DNA of 63,799 bases, the filler included, from Lama guanicoe (lineage: Eukaryota): NCBI GenBank assembly GCA_013239625.1. It is 79 parts of 72 records of this genome, joined end to end, with 100 filler letters (N's around TTAATTAATTAA, not from the genome) between each part and the next. Parts side by side here need not be neighbours in the genome. Positions count along the whole stretch, not along the records: positions 23,345 to 24,213 come from PNXV01001952.1; positions 24,314 to 25,152 come from MU053458.1; positions 25,253 to 26,102 come from MU053459.1; positions 26,203 to 27,114 come from MU053460.1; positions 27,215 to 27,705 come from PNXV01001959.1; positions 27,806 to 28,764 come from MU053461.1; positions 28,865 to 29,944 come from MU053462.1; positions 30,045 to 30,524 come from MU053462.1; 71 more parts are not named here. One strand, given 5' to 3'. Under the pieces are notes generated by a model that worked only from the letters and a program-made list of their open reading frames with translations, was not told the DNA's origin and searched no databases. Of the stretch, positions 23,345 to 36,610 are shown piece by piece; the stretch's first letter is position 1, and each line of letters begins with the position of its first letter. A program made the position numbers and the translations under genes.

Positions 23345-24213
23345 TTTAAAGATGTATGTTCTCATTAAATAATTCAAAACTTACTAAAAAATCTCATGAA
23401 AAATCCAATCTGATTTTTTTTTAACTTGAACAAAATATTTTGGAATTCTTCAGGAATAATAAAGCCATAATACTGGACAAGAAAATTTGAGGTGGAAGAA
23501 AAGAATCAAAAAAAATTCAGACTGACAATTATTAAATAAATTTTTACAATATGTAAGATATGGTGCTGGAGTAAGTAAGGCAGATTGACAGAAGAGGACC
23601 ATGAGCTCAAAAAGAGACTCTAGTGTAGATAGGTAATTTGTACAGGTGGGATTTCAAATCAAAGAGAAAATTATGACTTCAATAATTGTCCTGAGACAAT
23701 CAGGGAATCACCTGGAAAGATTAAATTCTATTCCTCTCATAAGGACCACAAGATAAATTACAGACCGTGATGTAAATATTAAAAAGTACTAATAACAGCA
23801 AATACAACACTTTGCTCTTATTAAGTCAACTTACCCTTACATTAACAAGTACTACTATCATCCCCATCTTAGAGATTTAAAAAAAACCTACAGAAGAGAT
23901 TTATTCCATTATAAGAAAGTATTTCTAAGAATAATGTCAAAGATAAAACCCATAAGGAAGACAAATTTACTATCAATATTTTGAGACACAACCAAAATAA
24001 AAATCCTCCTGAACAAAATGAAAGGCAAGAAATGACAAGAAAAAGCTCTGTGATACATGTTGATGAAGACAAGAAGTTAATGTTCATAACATACAAAGAG
24101 CTGTCAAAAAGCAACAAGAAGGTCACTCACTTAAATGTGTGCAAAGGATTAAAGGAATCATTCATTTAAAAAATTCAAATGGCTAATGAGTAAAAAATGC
24201 TCAATACCTCACT
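23345..24213 (+). mobile_element. Ancient degenerate L1 ORF2 3' region
   Basis: atatggtgctgg..agattgac; caaatggctaatgagtaaaaaatgctcaatacctcact. Confidence 0.55.
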
Positions 24214-24313
24214 NNNNNNNNNNNNNNNNNNNNNNNNNNNNNNNNNNNNNNNNNNNNTTAATTAATTAANNNNNNNNNNNNNNNNNNNNNNNNNNNNNNN
24301 NNNNNNNNNNNNN

Positions 24314-24870
24314 CAGAGACAGCGCTCAGCAGTCTTCTGCACAATCACGGTTGTGCAGCCCTAATCACTTTCTATTTCCAGAACACTTCATCAGCCCAAA
24401 AGAATCCCCCTATCACTAGCATTCACTCCCTAATCCCCCTCCACTCAGCCCCTTCCAACCATCACCTGCTCTCTGCTTCTGCATGTGCCTATTCTGGGCA
24501 TTTCAGATCACTGAAATCAACAATTTGTGACCGTTTGTGTCTGCTTCCTTTCAAATAACAAGCTGTTATCAAGGCTTGTATATTTTGAAGTGGTATCAGC
24601 ATCTCTTTCTTTTTTTTTTTTGGAAACGTTAAAGATTATTANNNNNNNNNNNNNNNNNNNNNNNNNNNNNNNNNNNNNNNNNNNNNNNNNNNNNNNNNNN
24701 NNNNNNNNNNNNNNNNNNNNNNNNNNNNNNNNNNNNNNNNNNNNNNNNNNNNNNNNNNNNNNNNNNNNNNNNNNNNNNNNNNNNNNNNNNNNNNNNNNNN
24801 NNNNNNNNNNNGTGTGAATAATGTTCCACTACATGGAGATACTACATTCTGTTCATCCATTCAGCAGCTA
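24314..24870 (-). mobile_element. Ancient L1 (L1MB/MC-like) 3' end
   Basis: atttccagaacacttcatcagcccaaaag..cctattctgggcatttca..aataatgttccact..catccattcag. Confidence 0.65.
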
Positions 24871-25252
24871 TTTATGGACGAGGTCCAGAAAAATGAGTGT
24901 AAGAGGTGACTAGCATGGATGGCATTTAAGCAAAGGGCAAAATGTGCTTTCAAAAAAAGCCAACAAACAGAGGCACAAGGAAATTCAATGCGTTTCTGAG
25001 CAAAGTGCTTGCTTGCTTTGACAGGACTACCATGCAGGACTCTGGCGGATATTGGAAGGAGTCATGGTGTGGGAGTCACCTGAAAAGACACCCTACTGCA
25101 AGTAGCTCAGCCAATTCTCCTCCCTCATTCTGTATTGTTAGAGCAATGTTTCNNNNNNNNNNNNNNNNNNNNNNNNNNNNNNNNNNNNNNNNNNNNTTAA
25201 TTAATTAANNNNNNNNNNNNNNNNNNNNNNNNNNNNNNNNNNNNNNNNNNNN

Positions 25253-26102
25253 CCCCTCTCAATACTGCTTTTGCTGTGTCCCATAAGTTTAGTGTGGTTT
25301 TCCTTTATTATTCTTTTGTCTCAAAGTACTTTTTCATTTCAGCTTTGATTTCTTCTTTGACCCATTTGTTTTTTTATAACATTTTGTTTAATCCCCATGT
25401 TCTCATTTTGTTCTCCTTTGTTTCNNNNNNNNNNNNNNNNNNNNNNNNNNNNNNNNNNNNNNNNNNNNNNNNNNNNNNNNNNNNNNNNNNNNNNNNNNNN
25501 NNNNNNNNNNNNNNNNNNNNNNNNNNNNNNNNNNNNNNNNNNNNNNNNNNNNNNNNNNNNNNNNNNNNNNNNNNNNNNNNNNNNNNNNNNNNNNNNNNNN
25601 NNNNNNNNNNNNNNNNNNNNNNNNNNNNNNNNNNNNNNNNNNNNNNNNNNNNNNNNNNNNNNNNNNNNNNNNNNNNNNNNNNNNNNNNNNNNNNNNNNNN
25701 NNNNNNNNNNNNNNNNNNNNNNNNNNNNNNNNNNNNNNNNNNNNNNNNNNNNNNNNNNNNNNNNNNNNNNNNNNNNNNNNNNNNNNNNNNNNNNNNNNNN
25801 NNNNNNNNNNNNGTAGTCCTCTGTGCATATGTATTAATGAGTGTGCTATCCTCATCTTGTATCACTCCTTCAATCATTATAAAATGTCCTTCTTTATCAT
25901 TCTTTATGGCCTTTGCTTTAAAGACTGTTTTCTCTGAAGTCAGTACTGCAACACCTGCTTTTTTGGCTTTTTCATTTGTATGGAATAACCATTTCCATCC
26001 TGTCAATCTCAGTCTATATGTTTCCTTCTCCCTGAAGTGGGTCTCTTGTATTAAGCATATTGAAGATTCTTGTATTATTATCCAGCCTATCACTCAATGA
26101 CT
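25253..26102 (-). mobile_element. L1 ORF2 endonuclease domain fragment
   Basis: ICLIQETHFREKETYRLRLTGWK..KKAGVAVLTSEK..DKEGHFIMIEGVIQ. Confidence 0.93.
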
Positions 26103-26202
26103 NNNNNNNNNNNNNNNNNNNNNNNNNNNNNNNNNNNNNNNNNNNNTTAATTAATTAANNNNNNNNNNNNNNNNNNNNNNNNNNNNNNNNNNNNNNNNNN
26201 NN

Positions 26203-27114
26203 GGGTTCTAACGGAATGCCTGTGCTCGTCTCCCCTGAGTTTTTTCCTCATTTCTTTGTGCCAGGGATTGCTAGGGGGTGTTGCAGGAAATCCCAGTGAC
26301 AGAAGCTGCCTCCCCAAGGTCAGGGAAGGTATTTCTCGGACTTCCCCGAGCAGGGAACACCTGTGACTGAAGAGAGCTGCGTGGAGTTGTCTCTCGAGCT
26401 CCCCCACTCAATGACNNNNNNNNNNNNNNNNNNNNNNNNNNNNNNNNNNNNNNNNNNNNNNNNNNNNNNNNNNNNNNNNNNNNNNNNNNNNNNNNNNNNN
26501 NNNNNNNNNNNNNNNNNNNNNNNNNNNNNNNNNNNNNNNNNNNNNNNNNNNNNNNNNNNNNNNNNNNNNNNNNNNNNNNNNNNNNNNNNNNNNNNNNNNN
26601 NNNNNNCACCTGTGACTGAAGAGAGCTGCGTGGAGTTGTCTCTCGAGCTCCCCCACTCAATGACAATGGTTCCGTTATCCTGAGCGTGGGGAGGTTCCGA
26701 CGTCGGTCGGCAGCGCGTGGGTTTTAACGGAACGCCTGTGCTCGTCTCCCCTGAGGGTTTTCCTCATGTCTCTGTGCCAGGGAATGCTAGGGGGGGTTGC
26801 AGGAAATCCCAGTGACAGAGGCTGCCTCCCCAAGGTCAGGGAAGGTTTTTCTCGGACTTCCCCGAGCAGGGAACACCTGTGACTGAAGAGAGCTGCGTGG
26901 AGTTGTCTCTCGAGCTCCCCCACTCAATGACAATGGTTCCGTTATCCTGAGCGTGGGGAGGTTCCGACGTCGGTCGGCAGCGCGTGGGTTCTAACTGAAT
27001 GCCTGTGCTCATCTCCCCTGAGGGTTTTCCTCATGTGTCTTTGCCAGGGAAAGCTAGGGGGTTTTCAGGAAATCCAGTGACAGAGGCTGCCTCCCCAAGG
27101 TCAGGGAAGGTATT
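26203..27114 (-). repeat. 267-bp satellite family A
   Basis: cacctgtgactg at 26607 and 26874 (period 267). Confidence 0.95.
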
Positions 27115-27214
27115 NNNNNNNNNNNNNNNNNNNNNNNNNNNNNNNNNNNNNNNNNNNNTTAATTAATTAANNNNNNNNNNNNNNNNNNNNNNNNNNNNNN
27201 NNNNNNNNNNNNNN

Positions 27215-27705
27215 AGGTCATCTGTTTGCTGGTGTTGAAGTCATTCTTCTGGTGGTGATGGCCAATGACCGGCACGTAGCCATCTGTAAGCCTCTTCATT
27301 ATTTGGTCATCATGAATCGGCGGGTATGTGCTCTCATGCTGCTGGTGGCCTGGACTGGAGGCTTCCTGCACTCATTGGTTCAATTTCTCTTCATTCATCA
27401 GCTCCTTTTCTGTGGCCCCAATGTCATTGACAACTTTGCGTGTGACATGTACCCCTTATTGAAACTTGCTTGCACCACTTGCACCGACACCCACCTCATT
27501 GGACTCTCCATGATAGCTAATGGAGACGCATTCTGCACTGTTGTGTCTTCTTCATTCTCTTAGTTTCCTGTGGGGTCATATTACACTCCCTTAATATGCA
27601 TGGTGTGGGAGGAAATCACAAAGACTTCTACACCTGTGCATTGCACATGACGGTGTTCATTTTATTCTTTGTTCCTTGTATCTTCTTGTATGCAAGACCT
27701 AGTTC
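27215..27705 (+). pseudogene. Olfactory receptor family 4 (OR4A/4C-like) pseudogene fragment, TM3-TM6
   Basis: [15 protein letters not shown] (canonical [15 protein letters not shown]), [35 protein letters not shown]; frameshift near 27545. Confidence 0.92.
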
Positions 27706-28584
27706 NNNNNNNNNNNNNNNNNNNNNNNNNNNNNNNNNNNNNNNNNNNNTTAATTAATTAANNNNNNNNNNNNNNNNNNNNNNNNNNNNNNNNNNNNNNN
27801 NNNNNGACTAGAGATACACGTTGGGATTCGTGATTCTTAGCTTGTGTTCACAGCCGTGCAACGGATGAGCTCATCTCAAGAGGTGCAGACTGTGGCTGAG
27901 GCGGGGCAGGGCTGTGCCTGGTTTGGAGGAAAGCCCAGACCATGCAGCTTNNNNNNNNNNNNNNNNNNNNNNCATTTATCCTTAAGGTTCTGGGGGGTGG
28001 GCAGGGCCACCCAGGAAGAAATCTGAAGGGAGGGTTGTGGCCACGTGTGCCTGTCTTGGGACGATCCAGAGGCTGCAGGGTCCAGGAGGGGAACCTCCTC
28101 AGAAGCTGGAGTCGGAGTGGGGAGTTGGGAGAAGGTAGTCACACTCTCCTGTGAGGAAGGGACAGAAGCCTAGGGAGTCCGCACCCTAGCGGACTCTCTT
28201 TCCCATGAACAAAAGGCAATCAGACAGAAGATTTGAGGTGAGAAAGAATGGGCGCTGGGGGAGGAGCCAACCTGGAGAAACGTGGTTGAACAATTCTGGA
28301 ATTGTCTCCCTGCAACATAGAGTTAAAAAAACCCAGACTCTTAAGAACATTGATAGTGACTGTGGAGGACGCAGTTGTTTTTCTGGCCTCCTAAGGGTAA
28401 GGTATGTATCCGGGGATACACAGAAAAATCGGGCAGTCTGTTCCGGGGGCTTCACCCTTACCAGGGGGAATAGTGTAAGTTTAAAGTGGGAGAAGGGCAG
28501 CGGTGGGAAACTAGCCAGGCCCCGTGTCAGGTACCAGTCTGCCGCCCTACTTGTGTGTTGCATTCACATCCATGCCTCCCAAGT

Positions 28585-28725
28585 GGGCGGTGGCAGCCCC
28601 GTTTTGCAGATTGGGAAGCCTTCTCATAGGGGTTAAGGAATTGGTCCGTTTAGCGGCTAGTAAATGCTATAGCAGGATTCAAGAAGGGCCTTGTCAGACT
28701 TCAAGGGCATGTTCACTCTACTAAT
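28585..28725 (-). mobile_element. MIR relic
   Basis: cccgttttgcagattgggaa..ggttaagg..ctagtaaatg..caggattcaa. Confidence 0.6.
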
Positions 28726-29461
28726 TCTGGTACCTCCTCGTTGTACCTGAAATTGTGAAGTGAGNNNNNNNNNNNNNNNNNNNNNNNNNNNNNNNNNNNN
28801 NNNNNNNNTTAATTAATTAANNNNNNNNNNNNNNNNNNNNNNNNNNNNNNNNNNNNNNNNNNNNTGACGTTAGAATCAGAGAATCACAGAGCACCTCCTC
28901 CACAGCGGGCCCGACAGCACGTGCGATATCCTCCGACCGTCACCTGTGGGACCGCCATGAGCACTCTCCAGACTCAAGGCCAGAGGCCGTAGGCCGGGGG
29001 GACACAGCTACCCTCAAACTCCCGAGTAAAGGGGGACCACCCATCGGCAAAGACATCTCACCCTCTTCTGCCCGAGGAACAACTTGAAAGATACACAGGG
29101 AAACATCGTAGAGGGTGAGGGGGTAGGCAGCCCAGAAGAGCTCGTCTGCACTTCCAAGGCAGAGTGGGGCCTTTGACCTAATCACAGGGAAAAAGTGAAG
29201 ACGAATTTTTCCCTGCTCTGTCCCATTCTCCGTGACATCAATTTCCCTGCGTAAGGAGCTCATTCGGAAGCCCCTCGCAGTGTTTCTGATGTCCTAACTT
29301 GGCATGGCGGCCGTCAGGCAGGGTAGAGGGCCTGAGCTGTGCTGGTGCTGGTCCTGGGAGGCAGGAGACACCGGCTCCACCCCCAGCTCAACCAAATCCT
29401 CATTCTGCGTCTCAGAATTCAGAGTCTCATCTATAAGCAAAGGGATGAAACTGTCCAAGGA

Positions 29462-29648
29462 CAGGCTGTCCAACAGGAATGAAATGAGAGTCATGTAAAT
29501 AACGTTTCCCAGTTGCCACATATGTAAAATCATTTTGACATGTAATCAATATAGAAAGTAACAAGACAGTTTATATTCTTTTTACTAGACAAGTTTCAGC
29601 GTCTGATGTGCATTTGACCTACAGCACATCTCAGCTCAGATCAGACCA
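29462..29648 (+). mobile_element. MER33-like hAT DNA transposon relic
   Basis: ctgtccaacaggaat..acatgtaatcaatata..acagcacatctca. Confidence 0.65.
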
Positions 29649-30624
29649 NNNNNNNNNNNNNNNNNNNNNNNNNNNNNNNNNNNNNNNNNNNNNNNNNNNN
29701 NNNNNNNNNNNNNNNNNNNNNNNNNNNNNNNNNNNNNNNNNNNNNNNNNNNNNNNNNNNNNNNNNNNNNNNNNNNNNNNNNNNNNNNNNNNNNNNNNNNN
29801 NNNNNNNNNNNNNNNNNCCGCCTTGGCGACAGCCCTCATCTTTGCTGATGCCATTCAGGACGTAGGGAAGTAACCTTTCACACAGCCAGGGTGACCCGGC
29901 CTTCAGGTTGACTTGCCTGCTGTCTGTGTCCAGTCCCGTCCCACNNNNNNNNNNNNNNNNNNNNNNNNNNNNNNNNNNNNNNNNNNNNTTAATTAATTAA
30001 NNNNNNNNNNNNNNNNNNNNNNNNNNNNNNNNNNNNNNNNNNNNAAAAAAAAAAAGAAAACATTACCTGATTCTCCATACTGCTGAAGAATCAGATAACC
30101 CTACGAAAGCATCTGAATCATACAGTTTATTCAATAAATGTTTGTTGAATGAATGAATAAACAAGTAAACTGAATGCTGCTTCCTGCCACAGGCCATCAT
30201 AAAGGTACTGCCTGAAAATGCCAAGCCCACGTTCCACCCGACTCTACACTAACCACGTGGGTGACCTGGGCAGACCTGTGTGCTTCTCTAAACACCAGTT
30301 TATTCATAAATAGAAATGAGGGCAATAACACAAACATAAAAGCGTTAGTGAGTCACGAATGCATAGTACCCCAACTTTGCAAGATGGAACCATTAAAGAA
30401 AATTGGGCAAAGAGTCCATAGGCCCTCTCCATATTATCTCTTACAACTACATAAGAATCTACATTACATCTAAAGATAAAAAGTCTAATTTTTTAAAGAG
30501 GCTATTGAGGTTAAATGAGCTCACNNNNNNNNNNNNNNNNNNNNNNNNNNNNNNNNNNNNNNNNNNNNTTAATTAATTAANNNNNNNNNNNNNNNNNNNN
30601 NNNNNNNNNNNNNNNNNNNNNNNN

Positions 30625-31903
30625 TAATACCATGAAAAAAGAAATCAATCACAGAAAAACAGGGAGAAAAATGACAGCAACCAGATTAAAAAACATGGTA
30701 CTAAAACAAGTGGGGGGGTGATCAAGTAAAAGAAGAAAATATAAAATATCTTAAGAAATATGACAAAACACTACACAAAGTCTAAGGAATACAGTTAAAG
30801 CAGNNNNNNNNNNNNNNNNNNNNNNNNNNNNNNNNNNNNNNNNNNNNNNNNNNNNNNNNNNNNNNNNNNNNNNNNNNNNNNNNNNNNNNNNNNNNNNNNN
30901 NNNNNNNNNNNNNNNNNNNNNNNNNNNNNNNNNNNNNNNNNNNNNNNNNNNNNNNNNNNNNNNNNNNNNNNNNNNNNNNNNNNNNNNNNNNNNNNNNNNN
31001 NNNNNNNNNNNNNNNNNNNNNNNNNNNNNNNNNNNNNNNNNNNNNNNNNNNNNNNNNNNNNNNNNNNNNNNNNNNNNNNNNNNNNNNNNNNNNNNNNNNN
31101 NNNNNNNNNNNNNNNNNNNNNNNNNNNNNNNNNNNNNNNNNNNNNNNNNNNNNNNNNNNNNNNNNNNNNNNNNNNNNNNNNNNNNNNNNNNNNNNNNNNN
31201 NNNNNNNNNTTTTGGAAATATTCAGCCCACCAATATTGCATCTAGGAAAAAGTAACCATTTGAAAAGACAGATCACCAGAAATGGAATAGAATTATCAAT
31301 AAAATAAAAAAATCTCTGTAAACAAAATTCAGACCCAAATAGCTTCACTGGGGAATTTGACTAAACATGCAAAGAAAAATCCATACCAGTCCTCCTCAAA
31401 CTCTTCCAAAAGATTTATATGGAGAGAGTACTCCCAGACTCACACCATAAGGCCAAAATCAACCTGATAATGAAACCAGACAAAGACACTACCCCAAAAA
31501 GAAAACTATAGGCCAATATCATTGATAAACATAGATGTAAATGTGCTTAAGAAATTATTAACAAACAGAATCCAACATCACGTAAAAAAAAATCATGCAC
31601 CATGGTCAAGTTTGGTTCATCCCAGGAACACAAGGATGGTTTAACATATGCAAATCAATCAATCAATTGTGATACACCATATCAACAAAAGAGAAGACAA
31701 AAATGATATGATCATCTCATTAGATGTAGAAAAAGGATTTGACAAAATTTAACACCTATTTGCAATAAAATTTCTTATCACAGTGGGCATAGAAGGACCA
31801 TATCTCAACATAATGAAAGCTATTTAAGAAAAAAATATAGCTAGCAAAATACTGAATGGTGAAAATCTGAACCCCTTCCCAAAAAAACCTGAGACAAGAC
31901 AGG
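30625..31903 (+). mobile_element. Degenerate L1 ORF2 (EN end to RT)
   Basis: ccagacaaagacactacc..gaaaactataggccaatatc..caaggatggtttaacatatgcaaatcaat. Confidence 0.9.
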
Positions 31904-32003
31904 NNNNNNNNNNNNNNNNNNNNNNNNNNNNNNNNNNNNNNNNNNNNTTAATTAATTAANNNNNNNNNNNNNNNNNNNNNNNNNNNNNNNNNNNNNNNNN
32001 NNN

Positions 32004-32562
32004 ATTTTTTGTAACTAAGTAATAATCCGTTGTATGTAAACACAGACACACACATATAGCACAGCTTCTTTATCCATTCATCAATTGACGAACATTAAAA
32101 AGTTTTCCATATCTTGGCAATTGTAAATAATGCTATAATGAACAAAGGGGTTCATATATCATTTTGAATTAGTGTTTTCATTTTCTTCAGCTAAATACCC
32201 AGGAGTGGATTTGTTGGGTCATATGGTAGCTCTATTTTTAATTTTTGGAGGAATATCCATCCTGTTTTCTGCAGTGGCTGCACCAATATACATTCCCACC
32301 AACAGTGCCCGAGGGCTCTCTTTTCTCTGCATCAACCCCAGCACTTGTTATTTTCTGTCTTTTTGATAATAGCCATTCTGAAAGGAGTGAGGTGGTATCT
32401 CATTGTGGTATTGATTTGCATTTTCCTGATAATTAGTCATGTTGTGAATATTTTTGTGCTTACTGGCCATCCATTAGGTCTTATTTGGAAAAAATGACCA
32501 TTCAGGTCTTCTGCCCATTTTTAATGGAGTTATTTTTTGAAGTTCAGTTTTATGAGTTCATT
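32004..32562 (-). mobile_element. L1 ORF2 C-terminal fragment
   Basis: ggctgcaccaatatacattcccaccaacagtg..gtgaggtggtatctcattgtgg. Confidence 0.9.
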
Positions 32563-33665
32563 NNNNNNNNNNNNNNNNNNNNNNNNNNNNNNNNNNNNNN
32601 NNNNNNTTAATTAATTAANNNNNNNNNNNNNNNNNNNNNNNNNNNNNNNNNNNNNNNNNNNNGCATTATGGGATCATGACCCACTGTAAGACCTGGCAAC
32701 TGCACAAGAATGAAACGGGGGCTGCATCTGGAACTGGACAAAATTGAATCAAATTTCATTGTAACAAACTATAGCTAAAGAATTGTAACAATCTCTCACC
32801 TATATAATTATATAACAATAGTTAGTCAACAGCTAAAATCTGTGTTTACTAGCACTAACCCAGTTAGAATTTTACCTACTTACTGGAACACTCGAGTATG
32901 AGGCTCAGTGCTATTTATGGTGAGATTGAAGGATGCTGTAAAATGTTCACTCATATTATAATTAGAAAAGTTGAAATTTGGCTAGTGCAGGTTGGAACTG
33001 CTAAAAAGATTACTAAACTATCCTTACTAAAGTACATTTTTTCCTATACAGTTATGGAGCAAATCTGTTAGATGGGTGCCTGCCATTCAAGGAAGGCTAA
33101 ATAATTTTAATTCAGGTGTGACATTGCAAACCAGGAGCAATGGTCATTTAGATGAGATTGTCTCAAATAATAGGAACAAATTAAACACTATTCATTATAA
33201 TTGAATAGTTTTATATGTTCCTTAAAATGAATATTTCATGATTTAACATTAATAATGGATAATGGTCTTAGTATAATATGTGTGTCTTACATTAGGAACA
33301 TTATGTGAAATGATGGCACTGCTCCCATTGGCCCTGGCTCAACCTGTAAGAATAATATAACATATAAAAATTGTTATTCATAAGAGATATTCATAATTAT
33401 GGAGAAAAAATTCAACCCAAAGCTGTAGACTACAGAGTCCCTCGTGTTAATTATGTATTACATACCAACTGGGAAAAACAAAAGATAGCTGAAGAATAGC
33501 TATCAAATTACAAAGTCCATGGAAAAAATAAACATTAAAACTTAACAATAATTTGTAGAACTTTTNNNNNNNNNNNNNNNNNNNNNNNNNNNNNNNNNNN
33601 NNNNNNNNNTTAATTAATTAANNNNNNNNNNNNNNNNNNNNNNNNNNNNNNNNNNNNNNNNNNNN

Positions 33666-34160
33666 TTATTTACTTTTATTTTGGATAGCTATGGCTTGAA
33701 TTTCCAATACGATAATGAATAAAATTGGTAAGAGTGAGCATACTTGTCTTCTTCCTGCTCTTATTGGAGATGCTTTCAGCTTTTAAACAGTGAGTGTCAT
33801 GTTAGCTGAGTTCATGTCATATATGACCTTAACTGTGTTGAAGTATGTTTCCTTTTGTGCAATTTGAGGAGAAATATATTCATAAATAAATACTGAATTT
33901 GTCAAAACATTTTATGACTCTATTGAGGTGACCATATAATTAGTATTCTTCAATTTTTAGTGTGATATATCATACTGATTAATTTGTGGGTACTGAATCA
34001 CTTTACCATCCCTGGATTAAAATGGACTTAATCATAAAGTATAATCCTCATAAAGTTTTGTTTGATTTGCTAACAATTTAGTGATTATTTTTCATTTATG
34101 CTTAACAGTGGTATTTCACCTGTAATTTTTTGAGGTATTTGTTCCAGTTTTAGTAGTAGT
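33666..34160 (-). mobile_element. Degenerate L1 ORF2 RT fragment
   Basis: ggtaagagtgagcatacttgtctt..gctttcagcttt. Confidence 0.8.
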
Positions 34161-34260
34161 NNNNNNNNNNNNNNNNNNNNNNNNNNNNNNNNNNNNNNNN
34201 NNNNTTAATTAATTAANNNNNNNNNNNNNNNNNNNNNNNNNNNNNNNNNNNNNNNNNNNN

Positions 34261-35062
34261 CTAGAAAGGAAATAGAAATAGCAATTAAAAACCTCCTTAC
34301 AAATAAAAGCCCAGGACCCGATGGCTTCACTGGGGAATTCTACCAAACATACAAAGAAGAACTCATACCAGTCCTTCTCAAACTCTTCCAGACAATTGAA
34401 AAGGAGGGAATACTCCCAAACTCATTCTATGAAGCCACAATAACCCTGATACCAAACCCAGGCAAAGACACTACAAAAAAAGAGAATTATAGACCAATAT
34501 CACTGATGAACATAGACACCAAAATCCTCACCAAAATTTTACCAAATAGAATCCAACAACACATAGAAAAGGTTATACATCATGACTAAGTGGGGTTCAG
34601 CCCAGGGACACAAGGTTGGTTCAACATATGCAAATCAATCAATGTAATACATCACATCAACAAGAGAAAGGACAAAAACCACATGATCATCTCAATCGAT
34701 GCAGAAAAAGCATTTGATAAAATTCAACACCCATTTATGATAAAAACTCTCACCAAAGTGGGTATAGAGGGAATATATCTCAACATAATAAAAGCTATAT
34801 ATGACAAACCTATAGCCAGCATAGTTCTCAATGGTGAAACTCAAAAGCTTTCCACTAAAATCTGGGACAAGACAAGGATGCCCACTATCACCACTCCTAT
34901 TCAATATAGTCCTGGAAGTCCTAGCCACAGCAATCAGGCAAGAGAAAGAAATAAAAGGGATCCAAATTGGAAAAGAAGAGGAAAAAGTGTATTATATGCT
35001 GATGACATGTTAGTATATATAGAAAACCCTAAAATGTCCACAAAAAAGCTACTAGAGCTGAT
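34261..35062 (+). mobile_element. Relatively young L1 reverse transcriptase, inactivated
   Basis: [59 protein letters not shown] at 34587 and two compensating frameshifts (~34838, ~34990). Confidence 0.97.
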
Positions 35063-35162
35063 NNNNNNNNNNNNNNNNNNNNNNNNNNNNNNNNNNNNNN
35101 NNNNNNTTAATTAATTAANNNNNNNNNNNNNNNNNNNNNNNNNNNNNNNNNNNNNNNNNNNN

Positions 35163-35962
35163 AGGCACTTCAAACCGGCCCTAGGAAACAGACTGAGAAA
35201 CCAGATTAAGTTTTTTCCTGCAACCCGTTCCCTTTGTGCTGGTTGAATGAACTTCTCTCCACATCCTCATTTCAAAGAGAAAAGTGTATGTGAAAGCCGT
35301 CCTTCAACTAGCTTGAAGGGAACAAAAAGTTTTTTTGAGTTTCAAACTCCACTACATACATATATATGGGGAGGTACTAGTTCAAACTCAGATTTATAGA
35401 GAAAAATTATAGAGAAAATTGCAGGAACTTCAAACTGGCACTAGGAAACAGACTGAGAAACCAGAGTAAGTGTTTCTCCTGCTACCCGTTCCCTTGGTGC
35501 TGGATGAACGATCGTTTCTCCACATGCTCAGTTCTGAGAGATAAGTGTGTGGGAAAGTCGTCCTTTACCTAGCTTCATGATAACACAAAATTTCTTTTTA
35601 TTTGCACACTGTACTATATAAATATATATGTGGAGGTACAAGCTCCAGGACGATTTTACAGTGAAAACTGCAGGAACTCCAAACCGGCACAAGGAAACAG
35701 ACTGAGAATACAGATTAAGTGTTTCTCCTGCTACCCGTTCCCTTGGTGCTGGATGAACGATCGTTTCTCCACATGCTCAGTTCTGAGAGATATGTTTGTG
35801 TGAATTCCGCCTTAACCTAGCTTGAAGGAAACACAAAGTTTCTTTTCATTTGCAAACTCCACTCCATACATATATATTTGGAGGTTCAAGCTCCAACTCT
35901 GTTTTACAGTGAGAACTGCAGGAATTTCAAACCGGCACTAGGAAACAGACTGAGAAATCAGA
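35163..35962 (-). repeat. Satellite family B (more diverged monomers)
   Basis: ggaaacagactgaga recurs about every 250 bp. Confidence 0.93.
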
Positions 35963-36062
35963 NNNNNNNNNNNNNNNNNNNNNNNNNNNNNNNNNNNNNN
36001 NNNNNNTTAATTAATTAANNNNNNNNNNNNNNNNNNNNNNNNNNNNNNNNNNNNNNNNNNNN

Positions 36063-36510
36063 GTGCCCTCAGATGATGGCGTATTTGAACTGTGGGCGTG
36101 CATCAGCACACTATGTTTGGTACCCTCAGATGATGGAGTATTTTCACTGTGGGCTTGCATCAGCACAGTATGATTGCTGCCTAGATGATGGCGTATTTGC
36201 ACTCTGGCCGTATATCAGCACACTATCATTGCTGCCCTCAGATGATGGAGTATTTGCGCCTTTGGCACGCATCAGCACGGTATGATTGGTGCCCTCAGAA
36301 CTGTGGGCGTGCATCAGCATGGTATGATTGGTGCCCTCAGATGATGGCGTATTTGAACTGTGGGCGTGCATCAGCACACTATGTTTGGTACCCTCAGATG
36401 ATGGAGTATTTTCACTGTGGGCTTGCATCAGCAGAGTATGATTGATGCCCTACGATGATGGCGTATTTGCACTCTGGGGATGCATCAGCAGAGTATGATT
36501 GGTGCCCTCA
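36063..36510. repeat. ~57-bp minisatellite (family E) with 268-bp super-period
   Basis: agatgatgg at 36071, 36128, 36183, 36240, 36339, 36396. Confidence 0.93.
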
Positions 36511-36610
36511 NNNNNNNNNNNNNNNNNNNNNNNNNNNNNNNNNNNNNNNNNNNNTTAATTAATTAANNNNNNNNNNNNNNNNNNNNNNNNNNNNNNNNNN
36601 NNNNNNNNNN

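Noticed and set aside
36063..36510. CRISPR array or C/D snoRNA cluster (repeated ATGATG)
   Set aside because: Intervening segments are homologous rather than unique spacers; no cas genes; mammalian DNA; no proper RTGATGA/CTGA box pair
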